Assembly: GCA_036867785.1 (NCBI GenBank)
Contig: CP145420.1
Span: forward strand, 744,001-808,000
Length of the DNA: 64,000 bases
Direction: 5' to 3'
Source: Plasmodiophora brassicae
Lineage: Eukaryota
Part shown: piece by piece, positions 34,926 to 47,804 of the stretch
How positions within the stretch are numbered: position 1 is the stretch's first letter
Layout of the letters: each line of letters begins with the position of its first letter
The notes under the pieces: model-generated
What the model saw: only the letters and a program-made list of their open reading frames with translations
Told to the model about the DNA's origin: nothing
Databases searched by the model: none
Translations under genes and position numbers: made by a program

Positions 34926-35960
34926 CTACGACGTCGCCCACAGCTTCTTTGGTAAGTTGTTTCGATTACCGGCTTCCTTCAACTGGAACAGACGCTGTGC
35001 TCGCTGGTCGATCGTTCCGCCACACTTCAGGCCCGCCCGCTGCAACGTTGTCTTCAGCCCATCCAGGCCCATCGCCCGCATAGACTGCCAGTCTGGATAC
35101 GCGCTCAGATCGACTTCTTCACATTGCGATTCGGCCGTCGCAGGTCTAGGTCCACAGGCAGGCGCGGGCTCCGGTTCCGGATGCTCTTCGTGACGTTGAG
35201 GTTCGGGTTCCGACGATAATCCATTGACGTCATGCTGATCAGACGGGGCACTGTCATTCGTCGGAGGAGATTCAACTTTGGGCGACTTGGACATCGGCTC
35301 GGCATTGTCGTTAGCAGCAGGCGAGCGCTTCCGCTTCCGAAAGCCGGCTTCAATGGCATCTCGCAGGTCAATACTGACAGCGGCAGGGGCAGCGGTCGCG
35401 TATTCTTTGACGAGTTCGACGGGGGCTTCGACCTTGCGTTCATGACCAAATTTGCAATTCTTGAACCGGTACTTGCACTGGTCGCCATACTTGCACGGTT
35501 CGCGGCGCCTGACGTCGTTCTTGATATCCTTATACTGTTCGACTACGGACGCAGTGGAGGACGACGATGACGACGACGCCTGTTGGTTTTTCCACTCGGC
35601 GAGCGCTTTCTCATCTTCAACATGGCGGACACGCCGTCCAGACAGATCACGACAGGCGGTGAAATTCGATGTCGCTTTCTGACCGACCTTCGCCGACGAT
35701 CCACGCAGAAGGGATCCGAATCCACCCTTGCCGCCGAGCAAGCGCCCGTTCAGATCCAGGCAGGTCGTCCCGACCTCAACAACGTCCTCGTCGGGGCAGA
35801 AATCCGACGCACGACGCAGCACGACATGACCATATGGAATCGACAGGCGGTCGGATATCGCGCATCGGACATCGCCAATGCTGACCTCGCGGCCGTCGTC
35901 GAAGTTGAGACAGGTGGTGCGCCCGTCCCAGCCGCGCACAAGCACCTGAACGAACGTCAT
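34926..35960 (-). CDS. SDE2: SDE2 (ubiquitin-like fold, GG|KGGFG cleavage site, SAP domain)
   Basis: [60 protein letters not shown]. Confidence 0.93.
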   Translation of the reverse strand: MTFVQVLVRGWDGRTTCLNFDDGREVSIGDVRCAISDRLSIPYGHVVLRRASDFCPDEDVVEVGTTCLDLNGRLLGGKGGFGSLLRGSSAKVGQKATSNFTACRDLSGRRVRHVEDEKALAEWKNQQASSSSSSSTASVVEQYKDIKNDVRRREPCKYGDQCKYRFKNCKFGHERKVEAPVELVKEYATAAPAAVSIDLRDAIEAGFRKRKRSPAANDNAEPMSKSPKVESPPTNDSAPSDQHDVNGLSSEPEPQRHEEHPEPEPAPACGPRPATAESQCEEVDLSAYPDWQSMRAMGLDGLKTTLQRAGLKCGGTIDQRAQRLFQLKEAGNRNNLPKKLWATS

Positions 35961-37354
35961 GACAGCGGACTGTTGCTCCACGGAGTCCGCTCTCGTACTG
36001 CGGACTACTACCGTACCTGCGCACTCGTCGTCACACACTCACACTCCTCCGTCGCGCCACAAGGCAACTGTCCAAAGCAGTCGTTCTTCACAAGGAGCAC
36101 ACATTCAGCGCGGAGACATCGTCTGTGGGAGCGTGGCTGTCCTGACACCCTGTCGTGATCGGCATCATCCAGGATTCCCTTGAAAGCATCCAACGCGGAG
36201 GTAGGCGTTCAAGGGATTCTGGCTGATGTCGGCCGCGAACGAGAACCACTCGATCGGCGCGTCAGCGCAGGAGGCAGCCGTCTTTAAACCTGCATCCGAA
36301 ATGGGTGCAAAACGTGTTCGTCTCGCCGCCCTTTGCTCAGCGCTGGAGCCGTGGTGGCGTGAGCAATGCTCCTGGCAATACCCGGCGACGACGACAGTTA
36401 TGCTCCTGCCAACACGAACCGCCCAGCAGACACCATCAACACCGCCAAGACAACAACACCAACACTAACACTTCAGCAAGAACGACAACAAGAACGGCAA
36501 CAACAAACACGTTGCAGCGGGCAAGCCGTATCAACAAAGCGCCTCGCTCAGCTCGAGGAGCGCCGCGCAGAGCTCGATGCTGGGGAGGCCGAGCTCGATG
36601 CGCAGGAGGTCATCGCACATCGCGTGGATGTCGACTGGCCTCGTCCGCATCGAGCATGACCTCGGCCGCAACGAGCTCGGCGCGCCTCCCAACCAGCTCA
36701 GCACGGCGAACATCGGCAACGGCCTGGCGACGGGCTATGGGAAGCGCAAGACGCGTGTATCACGCGCCGCTGCGACCGCTCGTTGCCGAATCCCATCGGC
36801 CAGGCGTCGGTCGCTCGTCCATGGCACAAGTGGCAACGACACGCCCGTACGTGCACGTGCCGATGAACACGCGCAGCTAGCGACACCGACGTCGGATGCT
36901 GTGACCATCCCGGGTGGATCGCGCTACGGGGGCCGGGTGCGACATGATGACGCTCGCAGCCCGTGTGCAGTCGACGTTGCATGGCAAACAGGGCACCTTC
37001 CGGGAACTGGCGCGTAGTGTCGCCCGTAGTGTGCTCCGGTAGGGTACTCCGACGTATTCCTTGGTGCTTTCCGGGATGGCCCGCAGGTGCTCCGGGTTGT
37101 GCTACTCCGGGTTGTGCTACTGGTAGTAATGTGCGACCAGTCGAGGTACCTACACGCGTTTGACGAACTGCATCGGCGTTTGACGAACTGCATCGGGTCG
37201 TCCGGTCTGCAGTCACGGCGGCCATCAGTGCGCGTTTCGGGTCACTGCGCGATGTATGCAGTTCGGGCTGCAGCGACGAGTGCGTTGGTCGCTGATGTTG
37301 CGAGCGGCTCGGTCGGCAGCCCTGGCTGAGGCTCGCAACTGCAAAAGTGCGGCG

Positions 37355-38395
37355 ATGACGGAGGCGGAGACGGTCGCGGTGGGCGCCGCCCCGGTCGCCG
37401 CTGCTGCTGCTGACGCCGGCACGATGGTCGTCGAGGCCGGCGTATCGGAGCGTCTTGCGGGCAGGGACCGCGGCAGGCATCGGAAGCGCAAGGTGCCGTG
37501 CAATGCCGGCCGTCGTGGTCTACGGTATTGCGGTTTGACATGTGGGGTCGTATTAGGCGGCTGGGAAGTTCTCCGCAGTGCCTCCATTTACCCATTTCGT
37601 CAGCGTTCCGCTTTGCTCTCCTGCAACCCAGGACGTGTTCCTGTCGCTGAAGAATACGTTGCTTGAAAGGTACCGACAACAGTGAGCGACATCGTCGTGG
37701 ACTGACCCGATGCACCCACAGGTTCGCCGGCATGGAAGTCAACCTCGACGATAGTGTCTTTGTTCGTGCCTGCCGTCTGCATTTCACGATCGTCATGCTT
37801 CGTGGCCTTGATGACGAAGCGCGAATGCGGGCGGTGCACGACGCTCTGGAGTCGGTTCGTGATGAGATCCAGCGAATTCTGGGTGAATTGGGTGATGAAC
37901 GTTCCCGATATCGGCTGATGCGCGCCAGCAGGAAACGGGCAGTGCCTCGTACGCCTCGAACGACTTGCAACGATGCAAGTGGAACACCCGGAGAAAGCGC
38001 ACGTCATCTATGCAGAGCCCGTTGCCGATGATGGCCTGGATCGGCTGAAGGCCGCCGCCAAGATCATTATCGACGCGTTGAGTAGGCGGGGTGTGCTGTT
38101 CCATCGCGACCTGCGTCTGCTGTACGACAGAGACTTCAATCCCGACGTGAAGTGGCACTGCACCATTATCAACACCCGGCATCGGCTTGGGCGTCATCGT
38201 CAGCGGGTCCCTGTCGACGCCAGGTCCATCTTGCAGGACTTTGGCATGGCTGCTTGCGAGACTGTCAAGGCCGTTGAACTCTCAGCGTTGAGCGACCTGT
38301 CGGGAGATTCGGACACGGCGAACAAATACTACGGTGACGATCGCTTGTTTATCCTGGTTGCGTCATTGTTGATCCATTGCAGATTGCGCATTTAA
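37355..38395 (+). CDS. AKAP7/ASCC1-like 2H phosphoesterase, multi-exon; ends approximate
   Basis: PFTHFVSVPL (about 37585) and two HxT motifs, RLHFTIVML and KWHCTIINTR, followed by PVDARSILQDF. Confidence 0.75.
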
Positions 38396-38741
38396 AATTG
38401 ATCTGGACAGCCAGGCCGGCGTATCTGCCAGTGCATCACCTGTGGTTTGTGCGACAGGTCTGTTCTCGGTAGCCGCACCAGCATGCTGTCAGCCCACGTC
38501 TGCCGTTTCGTTTTAGCGTCCCGGGCCGCTTGCGGGTTATAAACGAAGTCTCGTCCGCATTGGTAACACAGACGATGGTTTCGCAACGCACTGCTGCCGC
38601 AAAGGAGGTCATCACCATCATGCATCATTTCTTCTTAAGTGCATGGCAACGTCGTACCGAATATGAACTGGTGGATCGCTTTGCTGGATTGGACTGGCCA
38701 GCTGGACGCGCCGACTGCGTTGCACTGTGGAACGCAATCGC

Positions 38742-38883
38742 CGGAAGGTGTACAACCCTGGAGATTAACGGGCAGTACCTGCACAAACCACTTCTATCAC
38801 CACAGGGGACGTCGGAAGGTGTACAACCCTGGAGATTAACGGGCAGTACCTGCACAAACCACTTCTATCACCACAGGGGACGT
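38742..38883. repeat. Perfect tandem duplication, 2 x 71 bp
   Basis: CGGAAGGTGTACAACCCTGG...CACAGGGGACGT begins at 38742 and again at 38813. Confidence 0.95.
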
Positions 38884-39027
38884 AAAGTTGGCCCTATCCG
38901 TCGCAAGTGATTGACTGGGTCGAGATTGAGTCATGCGCCATGACCTCACGTGTGTCTCGTCGGCGTTGACGTCATTGCTGAAGGACACCGCAAGCACCTA
39001 TATCGGTTCTATTCGATCAAATTTGTC

Positions 39028-39564
39028 ATGAACGTTACATTATCCACACGCCGTCCTCTGGTCTATGTCGGCATGGCGTCCGATATTATTCACGAGGGCC
39101 ACATCCACATAGTCAAGGTGGCACGAATGCACGGCACCGTCGTCGTCGGCCTGCTGACCGACGCTGCCATCGCTTCGTACAAGCGCCAACCGATCCTGTC
39201 GTACGAATCCCGCAAGACGGTCGTTGAGAACATCAAAGGCGTCGACCTGGTCATCCCTCAGCACGAGCACGATTACCGACCGAACCTGGAGCTGCTACGC
39301 CCCGACTTCGTCGTTCACGGCGACGACTGGCGGTCTGGGCCTCAGGTTCACGTCCGCGAACAGGTCATCGAATGCCTAGCGCAGTGGAACGGCATCCTTG
39401 TCGAACCTGCGTACACAACCGGCATCTCCACCACCGAGATCATCGAACGTTGCCAGCTGCGAACCGCCGCGCCCGTCAAAGCCGACGATCCGGACGCGGC
39501 CATCGTGTCCCCGCCCGTGTCCATTGCCCGGGCCGTGTCCCACGAATCGTTAACACCCACCTAA
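39028..39564 (+). CDS. Cytidylyltransferase-like (HxGH) protein, resembling the NTP-transferase domain fused to bacterial PEP mutases
   Basis: [59 protein letters not shown]; intronless. Confidence 0.85.
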   Translation: MNVTLSTRRPLVYVGMASDIIHEGHIHIVKVARMHGTVVVGLLTDAAIASYKRQPILSYESRKTVVENIKGVDLVIPQHEHDYRPNLELLRPDFVVHGDDWRSGPQVHVREQVIECLAQWNGILVEPAYTTGISTTEIIERCQLRTAAPVKADDPDAAIVSPPVSIARAVSHESLTPT

Positions 39565-39708
39565 CACGTCAGCATGGACGAACCGTCGTCGCTGAATCAT
39601 AAAATGGCTCCTCTTCGGTATTGTTCATTGCCATTGGGCAGGCGGCAACTCTGTCAGTGACGGGCACAGTGTGTGTGTGCCCAGTCGTGCAGTTGGACAA
39701 CGTTGGCG

Positions 39709-42700
39709 ATGGAAGCCCTGGTTCGGTCCCAGATCAGCGACGCGGTCGATCGGAACGATGCGCCCGCTCTGGAGCGTATCCTCAAGGAACAGGTTGAATG
39801 CCAGCGGCAGACACGAACAGAGGGCATGCTGTCCAATGCCGCCCTTGTAATCGCCGCCGAAGCAGCCATCAAGGTGCCTGGCACAGAACCGGGTGCCTTC
39901 CGCTCATCTGAATATGGCCCATCAGCTGGGCCTTGTCGAACGCGCCGAGCGCTGCCTGCACGAGTTCCACCTGAACGACCCGCGGCAGGACCAGTTCCTG
40001 GCCCGGGCCCGACTCGTCGAGGCCCAGATCGCGTACAGCAGGGCGCGCGGCCTGAAAGACCAGGTCTGCGCCGCCGCCAGTCCCTCTGGGCATCACTCAC
40101 CCGCATCTGTGCAGAGCCTGCTGCAGCAGGTGCAGGCCGCCATTGCGTCCGTCAGTAGCGCTCTGGCCATCGCCCTGCGTAACAAGAGGCGCGTCGTCGT
40201 GTTTGGGTGCCAGGTGCTCGCGCACGTCTCTAACAATGACACAGTTACGCGTTCCTGATCTACAACTGCTCGGTCGTGTACTGGACGATCGCCCGGTGCC
40301 TGTTCAGGCCGAACATGCGGAAGCACGCGACCCCGTCCCTGCAGGCCATTACAGACGCCATGATGAAGAACGCCAAGGACCAGATCCCCAAGGACTGGCT
40401 CGTCGAGTTCGTCATCGCGTTGGCGACGTGCTGCGACGATGCGGGCGACGCCGCTGGTGCAGGCAAGAACGCCAACGACGCGCTGGCCCTCGTCAAAGAC
40501 CTGCCCAGGTCCACTCAGGTAAACCGTCCCGCATTCATCGTCTCGTTCGCCCTGTCGACGCTAACGCGCTCGCGGTCCAGATTCGCGTCATTCGGCTGTG
40601 CGTGCACGTGAACAGGGGAAAGGGGTCGATACCGTCGATAGCGCTGCCGCTGACGAGCCTGAAGGCCATCGTCGCCGTCCAGTCGGTGTTGTCGGGCATG
40701 GTGAAGCCCGACCAGGTCGCGGGCAAGCTTCGGGAGGCGCTGCAGGCCGTCGACCAGGACCCGCGTACCGAACCGAAACAGGTACAAGCATGTGGGAAGC
40801 GCGCGCCGTTACGCTGAACGTCATGCAAAGCTGGACCTGAACAAACTGGACGTCGTCGGGGAGATCTCGCGGGTCGCGTTCCACTTCGGGGCGCTGGACG
40901 TCGCGCAGGCCTGCATCGACCATTCGCTGTTCTGCAAGAGCTTCGCCGGGTTGCGGAAGGCGTGGATGCTGGCCGAGCTGACCGGCGCCGAGGTGACGAT
41001 CCAGGCGAAGGAGGCCAACGCCAGGTGCCCCCGGTCCCAGTCGTCGACGTCCTGTCCAGCGCGCTGACAATGCTACGCAGGCGCGCGCTGCCCGACGTGC
41101 GCCTGTCGTGTCTGAAATCGATCACGCAGACGCTGGACGGGTCGTTACGATCGCGTGACGTCGACCTAATCCACGACGTGGCCGCCACGATCTGGAACAT
41201 GGCCCTGCCGCTCTTCCGCGATCAGTACCGGCACGAGATCCACAGTTACCTTCGCAAATGCACCGACGTCCGTCGCCATCCCCCGTCCGTCCCCGCTTAC
41301 GTATCGACTCGTCTCCCGGTAGGCCTTGTGTCTGGTCGACTCCCCGCTGTACGACCTCCGCGTTCAGTTCCACTACGAGCTGGCCCTGTGCGAGCTCGCC
41401 GACGACGATCAAGCCAAAGCGGTACGTCGGGCAAAGCAGACGTGGGCCGACCCCTGACATTGGCGAAAGCGCCGCGAGCTGGACGCGGCCGCCCTGCTGG
41501 ACGGCAGCATCCCTGTCGATCAGTTACCCGCGGAGCTACGCGGCCTGCCGAACGTCGCGGAGTTCCAGCGCCCACTGGACAGGTACCCGCACAGGCTGCA
41601 GTCAACCACGGCGTGTGCGCGGCCCAAAAATAGCGTTCCCTCGACAGGTACATTGTCCCGCTGCGCAAGCGCCTGCAGTTGTGCGCGGGGGCCGCCGGCG
41701 ACCCCGCCGAGGGCGAAGACCGGGCCGTGCTGCTGGTGGAGCACAGCAGCGAGGTCAAGGATCGCCGCGCGAAACGCCGCCTGCTGCTGGCGGCCGCTCG
41801 TCAGGTCGACCTGTGCCCGGAGGGCGACCAGCGCGCCAGGTCGGCGCTGTGGTGGTCGCTGGCGACGCACAGCTGGGCGACCGGCATGCTGGATCTGGCG
41901 GAGCAGTTCGCCGGCAACGTCGTCGCCGTCCACTGGCCGCCGGATGCCACCGGGCGCCCCTGGCTCGTCCAGCAGTGTCGCGCCGAGATGCTGCGGGCGC
42001 AGGTCGCCGAGGCCCGCGGCGACCTCGACGCCGTCCTCGGCGCTTGCACACACGCTCTGGAGGTCAGCGTGTCGTTGCACGCCGACTCCCTCATCGTCGG
42101 CGCCGTTGCCACGCTCTGGAACGTCCTCCGCAAACGAGCGTTCATGACGGATCAAACGACACTGCCGTCGTCGGTCGTCTCCGCCCTCACCAAGGCGCAC
42201 GAAGCGCTCAGGCAGTGCAGTGACCCGTTAGTCGGCCGCCCGTCTCGTCGATCACGTCTCCGATCTGACATCGTGGTCGCAGGGACCGTTCGATGCAGTG
42301 TCAGATCGGTCTGGTGCTCGCTCGAGCCCTGGACGCCCCGGCGGCCAAGAAGGTCTGCATCGACCTGATCGACCCGATCGCGCCCGTGGCGACCGTCGCC
42401 GACCTGCTGCGCGTCCTCGAGCGGGTCAGTCCCGGGTACGCGTTGCCGAAGCCCGCCGACCCCGGCCACGCCATCGACTACGACCTGGCGCAGGTGATCG
42501 TGTTGCTGGAACGGGCGCGAACCGGGGACGCGCGCGCCTCGAGCATGATGCAGGCGAAGGCGATACTGGACCGCCTGACCGACCTGTCGGATCGAGGCCA
42601 TCGCCGTACCCGACTGACGTTGCTGTCGTCGGTCGCCGACGTCGCCTGCGACCTGGGGCAACCGGCCGTCGCCCTGGCGATCTGCGCATCGTCGTGCAAG

Positions 42701-45700
42701 GGAGGCGACGACGACGACGACGACGACCTGGCGTCGTTGTCGTCCATCGAATGCGCCGCTGGGCGATGCCTCGTGTCCCTGGCCGGCAACGAGCCCCTGT
42801 CCCGGGACGCGATCCTACGCGAAGCCGTGCGACACCTCGACCAGGCCGTCCAGGTTCGCCTTTATTCGGTGCTGCCCGCCTCGATGATCCATGACGCCCC
42901 TCCCCCATTGTTCAGTTCGCCGTGCGCGCCGGCAACGTCGCCCTTGTCGAGCAGGCGTGCTCTTGGTTCTGGGCGGCAATCTCGTCCGACCGGGGCCGGC
43001 CGGACGACGACGTTGCCGCGCTGGAGAGCGTCGTACGTGGCACGCTGCGAGCGCCCGGGGCGGCTCCCGAACTTCGCCTGCGCCTGTACGACCTGCTGCT
43101 GTGCAGGTACCGCCGGCGTGCCCTGTTCCAGGTCGACAGCGCTGCGCTGCCGGTGGCGACGTTGCCAACCGGGGTTGACGTTCGGTGCGCTGTAGGAGGC
43201 CGTCGACATCAGCGCGGCGATGCTGAAGGCCCTGCCGGATGCGCTCGGCAGGCGCGTCTGGGAGCACCGCCTGCACTGCCTGGCGGCGCTCGGCGCGCCC
43301 ATCAAACCGGCGTTCGCGAGCGTCCGGGACGCGTCCGCCGGGTTCCAGGCCAAGGTCGACGCGAGGCGCATCGGCGACGTCCGCCAGCGGCTAACCGGGT
43401 GTCTGGGTGTGTGTCTCCACAGGTGTACCTGGACCTGGCGCGGCATGCCAGCGACGAAGGGCAGCAGCTGCGGTTCCTGCAGGAGAGCATCGCCTGCACG
43501 GTGGACGGTTCCGTCGATCGCGCCCTGCACTGGATCGCGCTGGCGCAATGGGCGCACCGGCGCCGGGAGCGCGCCCGCGCCGACGGCGCCCTGCAGGCGG
43601 CCGCCCAGATCCTGTCGCAGCGTACGCCCTCGGCCCGCCCAGACCACTGTTGCCGCCTGTCTCTAACCCCCAACACCCGGGCGCAGTGCACGCGAACGCG
43701 AACGCGAAATCGAAACCGGTGGCGGCGCTCGACGTCCTGCTGGCGTACACGTGCACGCTCCAGGCCGTCTGCAACCCGGACGACGCCGAGCGGGTCGCGT
43801 CCCGCGCCGTCGACCACATCGTCGACGTCCTGCGTCGGTCGCTGGCCCTGATCCGAGGTCGGCGATCACGTTGCCCATCGATCGACGACGTTGACCGGGG
43901 TGGGGCGCGCCGTGCAGGCGACGACGACGTGATGGAGGAGGCGATCAGCGACGCGTCGCTGCGCGCGATGGCGTCCTGCACCGACGACGCGGGCTGCCTG
44001 TCCCGGTCGTCGATCGCGTCCCGCCGCGTCCTGCGGTCGGTGCACAGCGCCCTGGACGGGCGCCTCGTCGACATCCTGCAGGGCCTGGGCCGCGACGACG
44101 TCGTCCTGCCCGTGCTGAACCTGACGCGGTACATCGACGGGCACCTGCTGCCCGGCTGTCCACAGCGTTCGACGCGGACGACGCTGCGCCTGGCGTTGCA
44201 CTGGCATCGGCGCCAGCAGATCGACCGGTGCCGCGCCCTGCTGAACGACGTGCCCAGGGCGGCCGACGACGACGCCGAGGCCGCCAGGCTCATGGCCCGT
44301 CTGGGGCGCTTCCCGGTCGGCGTCGTCGCCCGCGACGCGCCGTCGCCCATGTCGGCACTTCGGGCCCGGTTGGCGACGTGCGCGCGCCTGGACGACGACG
44401 ACGACGACGATGCGATCCGGATGCTGGAGGCGCTGGAGGACGACCTGCGCCCGATGGTTCGGCAGGCGGCGACGCCGACGGCGCGCCTGCTCGGCCGCGT
44501 CTTCCTGGAACTGGCCGACCGGAAGCGGCGTCGCGCGCATCGACCCGTTGACCCGCCGCTCGCCTCGTCGTTCGTCGCCGTCCCAGGTCCAGGGGGGTCG
44601 TCCCCTTCGTCTGCCGCTGCTGACGCCGGGCGCGTCTGACCAGCGCGTGTGTGTGCAGGACGGGATCCCGCGCCGGTCATCGCCTACCTGCAGGCGGCGG
44701 CGGCGGACGGTGCCGGCAGGAGCGACGACGACGACGACGACGGCGATCGGTCGTCGTTCATGCTGGCGAGTCGGGCGCTGAACCTGCTGCCGTCCGGTCG
44801 GCACCGGGCGCGCGCCCACCTGCTGATCGCGATGTCCGGCCGGGGCGACGCCGCCCGCGACGCGATCCGCGAGGCGCGCCTCGCCGACGACATGGCCGTC
44901 GCGTTCCAGGCGGAGGTGGCGATCGCGCGACAGTCGGGCAGCGTAGCGCACCTGGCCATGGCGCTGGAGGCGCACGTGCGCGGCCAGGCGCTCGCGTTGC
45001 TGAGCGCCGACGCCCCGGGCCACGCCGGCGCCGTCCAGGCGCTGTTGCGACGTCGCGCCCGGCTGCTGAAGCGCGGGCGCGCGTTCACGCGGGACGCCGA
45101 CGACGTCGAGCGGCACCTCGGCGCGTGCAGCCAGGCGTGGCGGCGCGTCGCCCTCCGGGACGTCGCCCCCGACACGATCGGGGCGGCGTTGCCCGCCGAC
45201 GTCATCGTTGTCCTGGTCTGCCCCAGCGACGGCGGCGCCCTGGCCGGGGTCGTCGCGCGCGACACGACCCGGATCGCGCACGGCGGGACGGTCGACGAGG
45301 CGGTCGGTGCGGGGGCGCTCGTGCAGATGACGGCAGGCGCCTGACTGCCTGTAGGTGTCGGGGGCGATCGGCGCGGACGGGCTGCCGTCCGACAAGCACG
45401 TCGTCGTCTGCGCGCACGCCGCCTACTTCCCGGTGCCGTTCGAGACGATGCCGTGCTTCGCAGGGGTACACGCGTGCCCGTTGATCGGGGCGGCGGTTCT
45501 GACACCCACATAGTCGCTGAGCGTCGCGCGCGACCTGTCGCTGGCCAGCGTCGAGCAGCGCCTGACGCCGGCGGACGACCTGGTCCCCAGCGACGACGCG
45601 TCGACGTTCGCGCTGGTTGCCGACGACGCCAACGAGGGCGCGGCGGCGCTGGCAGGGGAGGGCTGGAAGGTCGTGGTCAGCCATTGCCGATCGGGCCGCC

Positions 45701-46119
45701 GACGCCTGTGTGATCGTCCGGTGCAGGTGATGTCTGGGGGGATCTCCACCGGGCAGATGCAGGCGGCGCTGACGACGACGTTCTCGTGCGTCACCGTCGT
45801 CTGCCGGACGACCGTGTCGGCCGTGGTCCCGATCGGGAGCCTCTATGCCCTGGATGCGCACCGCCTATCGCTCCTGCACATCGTCGAGCGGATGGGGCCC
45901 CCGCCGCCCGTCGACACAGCAGAGTGCGATTCGCTGTACAGCCGGGCGTTGCACCTGTCGTTGAGCGGGATCGGCGCGATCGTCCTGACGACCGGCACCG
46001 ACAGCGTCGCCGAGTGTGCCGCGTTCTGGCGCGCCGTCGAGCGGCACGACCAGCCGATCGGGCGCATCGCCCGCCCGCCACACACCATCCTCGTCGGCAC
46101 GCCAGGCCGCATCCTATAA
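39709..46119 (+). CDS. CFAP46: Cilia- and flagella-associated protein 46 (CFAP46/TTC40-like), many exons
   Basis: N-terminal DQFLARARLVEAQ, YAFLIYNCSVVYWTIAR, IWNMALPLF, DSPLYDLRVQFHYELALCE, RPLDRYIVPL; long helical-repeat body; C-terminal PFETMP/VARDLS-like region. The C-terminal half is divergent. Confidence 0.7.
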
Positions 46120-46219
46120 ACCAGCGCCGACTTCCGCTCAGCGTTCGTACGCCCAAACCGCCAGGCGCACGGGGAGGAGAGCCAGGCAGGCGTGTATGAT
46201 GTGCACACCGTCGTCGTCA

Positions 46220-47446
46220 TCACGGCACGACCTTGGTGGAGATTTGCGGCCCCGGGCCGCCTTTCGTCACAATGATCTGGCGGACGCGATGACGATGGCG
46301 CCGGGTTGCACGGGGGCGCACAGACGACAGGTCGGGGCACAGGCGCAGCGGGTCGCGTACGAACGTCGGCCGGTCGCCGGCGTCGTCCGGGGCGAACGCC
46401 TCGACCATGCTGGATAGGAGGTCCGGCAGGTCCTGTTCCCGCGTGAACAGGCAGGCGTTCGGCCCGGCGTCGAACGTGTACGCTGCCCGAATACGATCGT
46501 GGTTGAACGCGTGGACGGCGTCGATGATGGCGTGCGATACGTCGTTCAGGTAGAAGACGGGCGGGTACGTGTCGGCACAGACGGCGTGGAACTGGTTGCT
46601 GTCTCGCATGACGAGTTCCGCAAACTCGCCAAAGTCCTTCTGTTTGATCGCCGATTTGAACGCCTGCATACGCGGTTCGACAACGTGCCCGGCGCGGTAG
46701 GCGAGCAACTCGGACGTCTCCACGGATCGTCGCATGCCCATCGTGCTGCCGACCTCCTTCTCGCCCGACGACACCACGAGGATCACGACGCGCAGGTCCG
46801 ACCAGTGGGACTCGTCGACGAATTGCCGGGCGACGCTGTCGTGGCCCGTGGCGTCGTCGCTGCCCTTCTCCCAGGTGACGAACCCGCCGAACATGCTGCG
46901 GCAGGCGCTGCCGGATCCCTGCCGAGCGATGGTTGTCGCCTCGCCTGGGAAACTCTCACGACAGGAGTAGAACGTCATCAGGGCGGACGTCAGACACGCC
47001 AACCCCGACGCCGACGACGCCAAGCCCGCCGCCGTCGGGAAATCGTTGCGGCATTCCAGACGAATCGGCTGGCGCGTGAACGATTCCGATTTCGTGGACA
47101 GGCGACGACACGCCTGAAGAACGGCCTGCAGGCGGGCGTTCCCGTCCAAGTCGCAGGGCCTGGCCGAGCATAGTATCAGATGCCCTGGGACCATAACTGG
47201 GGGCGATTGATCCGCTTGCACGTACGTTCCGTTCAGGAGCATTTCGTCGCCGGCGAGGTCGGGCCCGGGCGCGACCGTGATCGACGAGGCCATGCAGTCG
47301 ACGTGCAGCGTCAGGCTCAGGGACGCGTGCAGCGGCAGGACGAGGCGCTCGTCGCGTTTGCCCCAGTACTTCAGCACGGCCATGTTGATCGGCGCCCGGC
47401 ACGACACGACGACCGCGCCGTCGTCGTCGCCCATCGCCGCCGACAT
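46220..47446 (-). CDS. MVD: Diphosphomevalonate decarboxylase (one in-frame intron, about 47163-47228)
   Basis: APINMAVLKYWGKRD, NDFPTAAGLASSASG, ARQGSGSACRSMFGGF, DSNQFHAVC, AYTFDAGPNA. Confidence 0.96.
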   Translation of the reverse strand: MSAAMGDDDGAVVVSCRAPINMAVLKYWGKRDERLVLPLHASLSLTLHVDCMASSITVAPGPDLAGDEMLLNGTYVQADQSPPVMVPGHLILCSARPCDLDGNARLQAVLQACRRLSTKSESFTRQPIRLECRNDFPTAAGLASSASGLACLTSALMTFYSCRESFPGEATTIARQGSGSACRSMFGGFVTWEKGSDDATGHDSVARQFVDESHWSDLRVVILVVSSGEKEVGSTMGMRRSVETSELLAYRAGHVVEPRMQAFKSAIKQKDFGEFAELVMRDSNQFHAVCADTYPPVFYLNDVSHAIIDAVHAFNHDRIRAAYTFDAGPNACLFTREQDLPDLLSSMVEAFAPDDAGDRPTFVRDPLRLCPDLSSVRPRATRRHRHRVRQIIVTKGGPGPQISTKVVP

Positions 47447-47804
47447 TCCGCAATGAACGCAGCGCACGACATGCGCTGCTCCGGCGACAGCTTTGACAGG
47501 GTCGACCCCGGGCGCAGCCCCGCAGTTGTGCCGGAGTCTGGATCATCGCAATGGCGACCCGTCATCTTGGCGGGTGGAAATGGAATTTCCCCACTTGAGG
47601 ATTTAGCCAGATGACGGCAATTGAGGGCGCGTGTCATGCGCTTTATGCCCCCCCCCCCCCCCCCCCCCGCCTTGACTGGACACAGTCGTTTCACGCAGCG
47701 GATTCTGGTTCTGTCTACGATACTTGGAACGCCCGACCGAGGGCTTTGGCCGGGGTAGAAAAGGCACTTTACGGGTCGGCGACAGCCGAAGACTTTCGCC
47801 GACA

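Noticed and set aside
36226-37020. Possible gene with a coiled-coil segment (LAQLEERRAELDAGEAELDAQ)
   Set aside because: No coherent gene model or recognisable family could be built by eye.
37085-37196. Short tandem repeats (CTCCGGGTTGTGCTA x2; CGTTTGACGAACTGCATCGG x2)
   Set aside because: Only two units each, no spacers; ordinary slippage duplications.
40500-46200. Many long Arg/Pro/Ala-rich ORFs on both strands (e.g. 43866..45395, 43391..44680)
   Set aside because: Shadow ORFs caused by high GC over CFAP46 exons.
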